Shown in pieces: positions 1-7,546 of a stretch of DNA of 32,000 bases; positions within the stretch are counted from its first letter, which is position 1, and every line of letters starts with the position of its first letter. The notes below the pieces were generated by a model, which made no database searches, was not told the origin of the DNA, and saw only the letters and a list, made by a program, of their open reading frames with translations. Made by a program: the position numbers and the translations under genes. The stretch comes from Candidatus Omnitrophota bacterium (GTDB lineage: Bacteria > Omnitrophota > Gorgyraeia > Zapsychrales > JANLHA01), in NCBI GenBank assembly GCA_963662715.1, contig OY759724.1:150001-182000 (forward strand). The letters are read 5' to 3'.

Positions 1-283
1 GGTCGAGCTTCCCGGAGACTTCCCCGGAACGCACCATGTTGACATAGATCGAGCTGAAAATGCGAGGATAAGAACTTAAGGCCTCCGAAAGGCTTGAGCC
101 CGATTCAATCCTTTGCGCAACCTGATCTACGACATCTTTCAGAACCTCGTTTCCCGTTTGGTCGCGGATGGCGTGCAAACTCATCAGCATCGGAAGACCC
201 GCCCTCTGCAAAGTATAGAGCTGGCGGGTGAACATATTGAGGTCGGAAAATTTGACCCTTCGGGTATCTTTTTTAGCAGCCAT
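1..283 (-). CDS. pilC: Type IV pilus / type II secretion platform protein (GspF/PilC family). Only the N-terminal part is present; the 3' end runs off the window.
   Basis: Absent from the ORF track because it is open at the window edge. The reverse-strand ATG at 283-281 gives MAAKKDTRRVKFSDLNMFTRQLYTLQRAGLPMLMSLHAIRDQTGNEVLKDVVDQVAQRIESGSSLSEALSSYPRIFSSIYVNMVRSGEVSGKLD..., typical of the first T2SSF repeat. It starts 37 nt after the stop of the PilB-like gene. Confidence 0.8.
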   Translation of the reverse strand, partial: MAAKKDTRRVKFSDLNMFTRQLYTLQRAGLPMLMSLHAIRDQTGNEVLKDVVDQVAQRIESGSSLSEALSSYPRIFSSIYVNMVRSGEVSGKLD

Positions 284-320
284 AATAAATGTCCCAGAAA
301 ATAACAGTAAAAGTTCTTTC

Positions 321-1997
321 TTAATCTGTCAAAGTGACACGCAGGACCTCTTCCGGGGTTGTCATCCCCATCCGTACGAGCTGTTGACCGGCTTCCCGCA
401 AATTCTTAAATCCTGTTTTTCTCGCCTCTTTACGGATATCGTCCGCTGAGGCCCGCAATTCAATACACCGGCGCACATCCTCGGAAATAGGCAGGAGCTC
501 AAAAATTCCTGTGCGGCCTTTCAACCCGGTACCATCACATTCGCGACAGCCTTTCCCGCGATAAATGAATTCCACGTCTTCTATGCCAAAATCCTCCAGC
601 AGCGATTTATTGGCTTTGATCTTTTCCTTGCATTTATAGCAAATGGTCCGGACCAGCCTTTGGGCCAGGATACCTATCAGCGACGTGGAAAGGAGAAAAG
701 GCTCAATCCCCATGTCCAGAAGCCGGGACAGGGTCGAAGGGGCATCGTTCGTGTGCAGGGTCGCAAACACCAGATGGCCGGTCAGGGCGGCCTGAATAGC
801 GATATCAGCGGTTTCCCTGTCCCGGATTTCCCCAACCATAATGATATCCGGGTCCTGCCGCAGAATACTGCGTAAGCCTGTCGCAAACGTTAATCCGGCT
901 TTGGGATTAATCTGCGTCTGCCTGATAAGCGACAGCTCATATTCCACGGGATCTTCTATCGTCACAATCTTTTTCTCCATCGTGTTGATCTGCGATAAGG
1001 CCGCATAAAGTGTCGAGGTCTTCCCGCTGCCGGTCGGGCCGGTAACCAGCACGATCCCGTAAGGACGGTTGATCATTTTCTGAAACAACTGCAACTCATC
1101 GTCTAGGAAACCGAGCTCTTTCAAGCCCAGCAAAACAGAACTCTTGTCCAGGACGCGGAGGACGAAATTTTCCCCATGAATTGTGGGGAAAGTTGAGGCC
1201 CGCAGGTCCAGATCTTTATTATCGATCTTCAGGCGAATCCTTCCGTCCTGGGGCTTCCGGCTTTCGGCAATATCCATTTTGGACATGATTTTAATCCGTG
1301 AAATAACCCCGCTTTGTATTTTTTTCGGCAACATCTTCAATTCCTGCAAAATCCCATCGACACGCAGCCGGACCCTCACTCCGTCCTCCTCAGGCTCAAT
1401 ATGAATATCCGAAGCGTGATCTTTAACGGCCTGGGCAATAATAATATTCACCAATTTGACCAGCGGAGCCCCGGATCCGACATCAGATTTCCCTCCTACG
1501 ATATCTTCGTTATCGATGGACTTAACAATATCATCAATGGAACTGCCGATGCCGAAACAGGCATCCAACAAACGTTTCACCCCGCGCTCAGAGACCAGGA
1601 CCGGGTCTACGGTGTCAATCTTGCATATTCTTCTTAACTGGTCAAGCGCCACAATGTCCTGAGGGTCAACCATCCCGACGGTAATACTCTTCCCGATTTT
1701 GAAAAGGGGGACGAGATTGAACTTCTTGCAAACTTCCTTAGGGACCATCGCGATGATTTCCGGATCGACAATATAATCGCTTAAATCCATGTAGGGAATG
1801 CCCAGGGCATTCGCACGGACCTTGACAATATCTTCTTCCGTCACAAGCTCGAGCTTGATCAAAGCCTTCTCGATGTTCAATCCGCTCATCTGAGCCTCCC
1901 GCCGGGCGTACTCAAGCATTTTCTCGGTGATGATCCCTTCTTTCAGCAGAAGATGAACGATCTCTCTATAGCGGCGTAAATTAGCCTTAGGGCTCAC
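321..1997 (-). CDS. pilB: Type IV pilus assembly / type II secretion ATPase (GspE/PilB family)
   Basis: 558 aa. It has an N-terminal T2SSE_N-like helical domain, Walker A GPTGSGKTST, EDPVEYEL, Walker B IIMVGEIRD, His box TGHLVFATLHTND and a tetracysteine CYKC...CRECDGTG. The GTG start is preceded by AAGGAG 5 nt upstream. Confidence 0.92.
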   Translation of the reverse strand: MSPKANLRRYREIVHLLLKEGIITEKMLEYARREAQMSGLNIEKALIKLELVTEEDIVKVRANALGIPYMDLSDYIVDPEIIAMVPKEVCKKFNLVPLFKIGKSITVGMVDPQDIVALDQLRRICKIDTVDPVLVSERGVKRLLDACFGIGSSIDDIVKSIDNEDIVGGKSDVGSGAPLVKLVNIIIAQAVKDHASDIHIEPEEDGVRVRLRVDGILQELKMLPKKIQSGVISRIKIMSKMDIAESRKPQDGRIRLKIDNKDLDLRASTFPTIHGENFVLRVLDKSSVLLGLKELGFLDDELQLFQKMINRPYGIVLVTGPTGSGKTSTLYAALSQINTMEKKIVTIEDPVEYELSLIRQTQINPKAGLTFATGLRSILRQDPDIIMVGEIRDRETADIAIQAALTGHLVFATLHTNDAPSTLSRLLDMGIEPFLLSTSLIGILAQRLVRTICYKCKEKIKANKSLLEDFGIEDVEFIYRGKGCRECDGTGLKGRTGIFELLPISEDVRRCIELRASADDIRKEARKTGFKNLREAGQQLVRMGMTTPEEVLRVTLTD

Positions 1998-2067
1998 AAT
2001 ATCTCCTTAATTTTCAAATTATTTCACGAAAAACAAAAAGGGCGCGGCAATAAGGCGTCCGGCCTCT

Positions 2068-2448
2068 TCAGGACGCCGGTTTCTGGTTAAGCAAAGCAAC
2101 GATCTTGTCCATTAATTCCTGCTGGTTAAAAGGCTTGACAATATAAGCGTCAGCCCCGACCTCAAAACCCGTTCTTTTTTCCGCATCTGCTGTTCGGGCG
2201 GTAAGCATAAGGACGGGGATCTTTTTATATTTCTCATCAAACTTTAACATGCGGCAAACACGGTAACCGTCGATTTTAGGCAGCATAACATCCAGGATGA
2301 TGATATCCGGCCGCTCCTCCCGGGCCTTGTCCAAAGCCTCTTGCCCGTCATAAGCCGTGAGCACCTTAAAATTCTGGGCTTCAAACATCATTTGCAGGCC
2401 AAAAACCATATCCTTTTCATCATCGACAACAAGGATCGTCTTATTCAT
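2068..2448 (-). CDS. Stand-alone response regulator (receiver domain only, CheY-like)
   Basis: 126 aa. Motifs are ILVVDDE, phospho-acceptor context IIILDVMLPKIDG, LMLTAR and YIVKPF, with no output domain. Its start overlaps the stop of the upstream kinase by 8 nt (tATGAAtaa). Confidence 0.9.
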   Translation of the reverse strand: MNKTILVVDDEKDMVFGLQMMFEAQNFKVLTAYDGQEALDKAREERPDIIILDVMLPKIDGYRVCRMLKFDEKYKKIPVLMLTARTADAEKRTGFEVGADAYIVKPFNQQELMDKIVALLNQKPAS

Positions 2449-4417
2449 AGTATAACCTCAGCTCTTTTGCCAATAAACTCCGGTTCCGCTTATTCAAATC
2501 AGTAAACTCCACCCCGATTTTGTATTGCGAGGTAAACTTCCCGGACAGACTGTCGACCCGGGCAATCCAGGCGACGCGCCCGTGGGCGGTTAATTTGCTT
2601 TTTGTCTTTATGAGCGGCACAACAATTTTAACTTCATCATCCGTCTTAAGGGAGAAGTCCATCTTGCAACAGATACCCCCCAAAGATAAATCCTGGGTCA
2701 GCGCAACGGTAACGGGCTTCTTTGGGCTATGGACCTCCGCGGATGCAAGATATTTTATCCGCTTATAAAGCCGCATTTCCGAACCGATATAAAATTCCTT
2801 AATAGAAAAATTCTTGCGTTCCGGCTGTTCGTAAGCGTCAAAGTCATTAGAATAAGAGACCAGCCCCAATGCCATAAAAATTTCATTCAAGGAATTTTTC
2901 ACAAGATAATGCTTTATCCTCTGCCGGATCAAATCGCAAAACATCGGCTCTTCTCTGGCAGAATATGGAAAAACAACGGTTAGTACCCCGGCTTTCATGT
3001 TAGACACAAAAACAAAATCGTCATCCGAACTGCTCTTGAATACTTGACGACTGGCATAGACCACGATCTTCCTGAGCTCCTGGAACAGGCGGGTCGCTCC
3101 GACATCGACCCTTTCCTGAAAATCCGCATAATTGACAACCAATAAATTGATCAGGCTCACCGATTTCTTTTGCGACAACAAAGCATTAATCTTCTTCCGG
3201 ACATTCTTATTCACAAGGTTTGTTGTGTAGAACATGGGGAGCGTGAAATAAAATTTGCTGCCCTGGCCTTTCGTCGACTCCACCCATATCTCCCCGCCGT
3301 GCTTTTCAACAAGAGCTTTAACAATGGTTAAGCCGAGGCCAATCCCCTTCTTTTTCGTGCCGTCATCATCCGTAACCTGCACGAATCTGTCAAAAACTCT
3401 CGGCACATCCTCTTCCGGTATGCCGATCCCGTCATCCAGGACTCCGATCCTGATCTTCGTGTTCAAAACCTTCAGCTCAACGATAACCGTGCCTTTTTCC
3501 GGAGTAAATTTGATCGCATTATTGATGAGGTTCGTGATGATCTGCTGAACCCTTTCCGGATCGATAAAGACATTGATGTCTTTCTTGGGCAAACGATATT
3601 TCAATGTTATCCCTTTGGCGTCGGCAAACTCTTTAAAGAACGGGGCGTTAGACTGCAGGAGATCCTTTATTTTAACAAGAGAATAACTTAAGCGGAATTT
3701 TTGCCCTTCGATTCTCGATATATCCAACAGCTCTTCAATAATATGCTGCAAACGGTCGATATTGTTATTCGCTTTGACTAACAATTCTCTCTGCTGATTA
3801 TTAATCGAACCGGCTGTTTCATCATAGATTAAAAGAAACAATTGCTTAATAATAGCCAAGGGGGTTCTGATCTCATGAGAAACGGCGGAAACGAACTCGG
3901 ATTTAACCCTGTTCATATCCTCCAACATCAACAGTTTTTTCTCCATGACCAGCCATTCTTCCTGCAGCCACTCAAATTGCAGTCTCTTGGTGATATCCCG
4001 CATAATGCCCATAACGCCGATACACTTATTCCTGGCATTAAAGCGCGGGATCATCGTGGAGGACATATAAGAAACTTCTCCCTGAGGGGTGGCGACTTTG
4101 TCAACTTTATCAATAAGCGGCTTCCTGGAACGGATGACTTTTTGTGTGTCACGCTGAATTCTTTCGGCCAGATGCGCGGGCAAAAGGTCAAAATCTGTTT
4201 TCCCCAAAACATCCTGCGGGGATAATCCTAAACATTTGACATAAGAGGCGTTAGCAAAGACAATCCGGCCTTCAATGTCTTTAAAATAAATGCTGTCGGG
4301 AATATTATTGACAAAATCTTGCAGCAATTCATTTTGGAAGGTCAAAATATCCTTGGGAGGTCCGGATCTCGGTCTTTTACGGGGCTTTCCTGTTTTTTTC
4401 TGTTTCACAGAAACCAT
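2441..4417 (-). CDS. Hybrid sensor histidine kinase: PAS - HisKA - HATPase_c - degenerate GGDEF-like region - C-terminal PilZ domain
   Basis: 658 aa. It has a PAS-like N-terminal region (IPDSIYFKDIEGRIVFAN...), an H box SHEIRTPL, an N box NLINNAIKFT, G boxes DDGIGI and GIGLGL, and a C-terminal RLYKR...DLSLGG that matches PilZ RxxxR / [DN]xSxxG. Confidence 0.85.
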   Translation of the reverse strand: MVSVKQKKTGKPRKRPRSGPPKDILTFQNELLQDFVNNIPDSIYFKDIEGRIVFANASYVKCLGLSPQDVLGKTDFDLLPAHLAERIQRDTQKVIRSRKPLIDKVDKVATPQGEVSYMSSTMIPRFNARNKCIGVMGIMRDITKRLQFEWLQEEWLVMEKKLLMLEDMNRVKSEFVSAVSHEIRTPLAIIKQLFLLIYDETAGSINNQQRELLVKANNNIDRLQHIIEELLDISRIEGQKFRLSYSLVKIKDLLQSNAPFFKEFADAKGITLKYRLPKKDINVFIDPERVQQIITNLINNAIKFTPEKGTVIVELKVLNTKIRIGVLDDGIGIPEEDVPRVFDRFVQVTDDDGTKKKGIGLGLTIVKALVEKHGGEIWVESTKGQGSKFYFTLPMFYTTNLVNKNVRKKINALLSQKKSVSLINLLVVNYADFQERVDVGATRLFQELRKIVVYASRQVFKSSSDDDFVFVSNMKAGVLTVVFPYSAREEPMFCDLIRQRIKHYLVKNSLNEIFMALGLVSYSNDFDAYEQPERKNFSIKEFYIGSEMRLYKRIKYLASAEVHSPKKPVTVALTQDLSLGGICCKMDFSLKTDDEVKIVVPLIKTKSKLTAHGRVAWIARVDSLSGKFTSQYKIGVEFTDLNKRNRSLLAKELRLYYE

Positions 4418-4579
4418 TCTCTGGCATTCTTATTTAACTCTATTATTATGAACAAAATATAATAATATTATACATTGGGTTTAAAGGGAGTAAACTCTTT
4501 TAAGGTATTTTTTCCTCAAAATTGCAGGGCAGAAATATCCAAAAGAGACAAAAAGAGAATCGGGGAGGAGTAAAGCCCC

Positions 4580-5323
4580 TCAATCCCACAACAGTTCTTT
4601 CATTGTTTCAAAGAGGGAAATATTGTCATAGGGTTTGGTAAGATAGGCATCGGCACCGACTTGTTTGCCTAAAAGGCGATTTTCAGTGCCTGACCGGGCG
4701 GTGAGCAGAACGATATTAATATTGCGATATCTGTTATCAAACTTTATCATCCTGCAGACGTTGAAGCCATCGACTTTAGGCATCATAACATCAAGGAGCA
4801 TCAAATCAGGATTTTCGTGCTTGGCTCGCTCCAAGGCTTGTAAGCCGTCATAGGCGGTTATAACATCGTACCCGCTCTTCACCAAGCGGAGGGATAGGAT
4901 ATCCACAAAGTCCGGTTCATCATCAACAACGAGGATCTTTTTTGTCTTTTTGGCTAACCGGGTCCGGATCTTGTTAATCAACTGGATGGTCTTAAAAGGC
5001 TTAACAATATAATCATTAATCCCCTCACACTTAAAAACATCCTGTTTGGTTTCGTAAGAAGACAGGATAATTAAAGGCGTTTCTTTCAGTTCATGCTTTT
5101 TCTTGAATTGCGCGACAAATTCATAACCGTCCATAACAGGCATTTGAATATCCAGGCAGATGACATCGGCCCCCTGTTTCTTAAAGACCTGCAGGCCTTC
5201 TTTCCCGTTGTTCGCTGTGACAACCTCAAAGCCATGTTTTTCAAGGACGACCTTTAATAAATGCCGCGTCACTTGATCATCATCTATGACGAGAATTTTC
5301 TTTCTTTCTTCCACTGCTCTCAC
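4580..5323 (-). CDS. Response regulator with two tandem receiver (REC) domains and no output domain
   Basis: 247 aa. REC1 shows ILVIDDD...VICLDIQMPVMDG...YIVKPF. REC2 shows ILVVDDE...LMLLDVMMPKVDG...LLTAR...YLTKPY. The listed start is GTG; an alternative GTG at 5314 has a better SD (AGGTGA 5 nt upstream). Confidence 0.85.
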   Translation of the reverse strand: MRAVEERKKILVIDDDQVTRHLLKVVLEKHGFEVVTANNGKEGLQVFKKQGADVICLDIQMPVMDGYEFVAQFKKKHELKETPLIILSSYETKQDVFKCEGINDYIVKPFKTIQLINKIRTRLAKKTKKILVVDDEPDFVDILSLRLVKSGYDVITAYDGLQALERAKHENPDLMLLDVMMPKVDGFNVCRMIKFDNRYRNINIVLLTARSGTENRLLGKQVGADAYLTKPYDNISLFETMKELLWD

Positions 5324-5416
5324 CTTATTTTATGAACGACTGCCTGACCTTTTCCTGGCCGTTCTCAACCGGGAACATGCCCCCGGAATCTCAGCTAAAA
5401 AAATGAATCGATGAGG

Positions 5417-5446
5417 ATTATAACATCTTTCTGCATATCCTGACAA
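5417..5446 (-). promoter_or_regulatory. Putative sigma70-type promoter for the tandem-REC gene
   Basis: The minus strand reads TTGTCA (5446-5441), an 18-nt spacer, then TATAAT (5422-5417). This lies about 95 nt upstream of the start codon. It is a sequence match only. Confidence 0.35.
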
Positions 5447-5716
5447 TTTAATAATAGCATTTTACCCGCAGCATGTTTTCCCGGCAGCTGACTGCACCTA
5501 AACAACCTGCTTGCTATTTTTCCCCGGCCTCCTCTCAGGCGACGATTCAGCAAATGGCTCAACAACCATTAACGTCAACACAATCCACCTCCCTTTTTAT
5601 ACCGTGCTGGACAATTTTGTCGGAGATTTGCGGCAGGCCTTACAGGCCCGGAGGGAAGCCATGCGACAGCCGTTCAAGGGAAGAGACGCAGGGGAAGGAA
5701 GGACAGAAGAAAGGTG

Positions 5717-6364
5717 TTATTCTGCCTCGTTATTTTTTTCGGCCTTTTTGCGCTCCTTTTCCAATATGCGCTTGACCAAATTATGCCTCTTTTCTATACG
5801 CGGGTACTCTTTATCATCCTGGGCAATATATTCCTCGGCTTTCGAATAAAAGTGATCAACTTTTTCGTAATCCTTCATTTTATAAAACACATCTGCCAGA
5901 GTCACATAGGCGGGCCAATAATCCTCCTGCACGAGCACGCTCTGCGACGCAAACTCAACAGCTTTTACATATGGTTCATTATTGGAAAAACTGAAGGAAT
6001 TAAAAAAACCTTTTTGATAATAGGCCTGAGCGATGTTATTTAATAATTCCGCTTTAAATCCGGGATCTTTAATCCTTTTCTGCTCAACACGGTCCAAGGC
6101 CCTGAAATAGATGCTCAGCGCCTCATCATACTTTCTCTGCTCAACAAGGTCTAAAGCATCTTCATTCATTTTCCTCACGCCTAAGGTTTGCTTCCGGACA
6201 TACTTCTTGGCATTCCTTCCCTTCTTGTTTTCATCCTCCACAATCACGGAAATGGCACCTGATTCTTCCGCATAAATGACCGCCGGAGACAAAAAAAGCG
6301 AAAAGACCAACATCATTAAAATTTTACGACTTACCGATAAGGTTAAATATTTCATGGGTATCAC
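5717..6364 (-). CDS. Exported TPR-like repeat protein (function unknown)
   Basis: 215 aa. It has an N-terminal signal peptide (KILMMLVFSLFLSPAVIYA/EE) and TPR-like helical repeats (YDEALSIYFRAL, NNIAQAYYQKG, YVTLADVFYKMKDYEKV). Confidence 0.6.
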   Translation of the reverse strand: MIPMKYLTLSVSRKILMMLVFSLFLSPAVIYAEESGAISVIVEDENKKGRNAKKYVRKQTLGVRKMNEDALDLVEQRKYDEALSIYFRALDRVEQKRIKDPGFKAELLNNIAQAYYQKGFFNSFSFSNNEPYVKAVEFASQSVLVQEDYWPAYVTLADVFYKMKDYEKVDHFYSKAEEYIAQDDKEYPRIEKRHNLVKRILEKERKKAEKNNEAE

Positions 6365-6520
6365 TCCTTCTTTCGCTCCTCAGCGGCTGGAATCTCTAGA
6401 GTCTTTGAACGCCTTTTTTGTTAAATACAGGTTAATGCCGGAAATCCAAGGGCCGCCCGTTATCAAACCAAAAAATTCACCGTCCCCGTATCCTGCAGAA
6501 GAATGTCTTTCGGCTGAGGA

Positions 6521-7513
6521 CTAACTTCGATAACTCTGCAGAACCTTCATATAATTAGCCCGCTCAAAGGCTTCCGGATTTGCACAGGATTTCTGACTCA
6601 GGCTCCCTTTCAGCTGCTCAACAGATGCATAATCATGCTTTTCCATCCACTGTTCAAGATCACTTAATACAATTTTAGCATGATCTATCCCATTTAACAA
6701 TAAAGCGGAACACATCATCGTAACATCCGCCCCGGCCATAAGCATCTTCACGACATCCGTCGCCGTATGTATGCCTGTCGTGGCTGCCAGGCTGGCTTTA
6801 ACATGACTGTAGAGGATCGCGATCCAACGGAGCGCGACACGGTTTTCATGGGAAGAACTCAATACGAGATTGGGAGCGATTTCCAGCTTTTCCAGATTTA
6901 TATCCGGCTGATAAAAACGATTGAATAACACCAGGGCATTGGCTCCAAGCTCATCAAGCCTCTGCGCCAGATTAGGAAGGCAGCTGAAGAAAGGATTCAG
7001 TTTGACAGCCACGGGGATACGGACATTTTCCCTGATCAAATGAAATACGCTCAGATAAATATCCTCAATCTGGCTGCCTGTTAAAACAGCATTGACAGGG
7101 AGAAAATAGACATTTAATTCCAAAGCATCCGCCCCTGCCGATTCGATATCCTTCGCATATTTCACCCAACCTCCCGTTGAGTACCCGTTCAAACTCCCGA
7201 TAACCGGGATATCCACCGCTTTCTTGGCCTTGGCCACCAGGTCCAGATACTCGTCCGGACCAAGGATATAATCTGTAACCTTAGGAAAATAATCCGTTGC
7301 TTCGGCAAAGCTTTCTGTCCCCTGTTCAGAAAAGTGCACACCGGCCTTTGCTTCGGCCCTAAGCTGTTCCTCGAACAACGAATGCTGCACAACAGCGGCA
7401 ATGCCGGCATCTTCCATCTTTTTAATATTATCCACTTTTTCTGATAAAGGGGATGCCGAAGCGACAAGGGGGTTTTTCAGTTTTATCCCCATATATTCCG
7501 TGGTCAGATCCAT
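6521..7513 (-). CDS. Dihydroorotate dehydrogenase-like TIM-barrel flavoprotein; probably not a true PyrD
   Basis: 330 aa. It shows class-1 DHOD/DPD family features (LKNPLVASASPL, VAVKLNPFF, ATTGIHTATDV...GADVTMMCSAL). The catalytic loop reads ELNVYFLPVN instead of ELN-x-S-[CS]-PN. It starts 33 nt after the PFOR stop. Confidence 0.75.
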   Translation of the reverse strand: MDLTTEYMGIKLKNPLVASASPLSEKVDNIKKMEDAGIAAVVQHSLFEEQLRAEAKAGVHFSEQGTESFAEATDYFPKVTDYILGPDEYLDLVAKAKKAVDIPVIGSLNGYSTGGWVKYAKDIESAGADALELNVYFLPVNAVLTGSQIEDIYLSVFHLIRENVRIPVAVKLNPFFSCLPNLAQRLDELGANALVLFNRFYQPDINLEKLEIAPNLVLSSSHENRVALRWIAILYSHVKASLAATTGIHTATDVVKMLMAGADVTMMCSALLLNGIDHAKIVLSDLEQWMEKHDYASVEQLKGSLSQKSCANPEAFERANYMKVLQSYRS

Positions 7514-7546
7514 AACGTCACCATCCTCTCTTCCAAAAGCCGTTAA

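Noticed and set aside
1800-1997. PilB N-terminus as an MshEN-type c-di-GMP binding site
   Set aside because: The segment EIVHLLLKEGIITEKMLEYARREAQ only partly fits the RLGxxLLxxGLIxxxxLxxALxxQ pattern. It lacks the leading R-L-G, and the Q is offset by one. It is too degenerate to call by eye.
5473-6043. Plus-strand ORFs 5473-5775, 5511-5849 and 5714-6043
   Set aside because: They overlap each other and the TPR gene on the opposite strand. They have no motifs and no ribosome-binding sites, and their composition looks like non-coding or antisense translation.
7189-7467. 92-aa same-strand nested ORF inside the DHOD-like gene
   Set aside because: It is an out-of-frame overlap with a gene that has clear family motifs, and there is no independent support.
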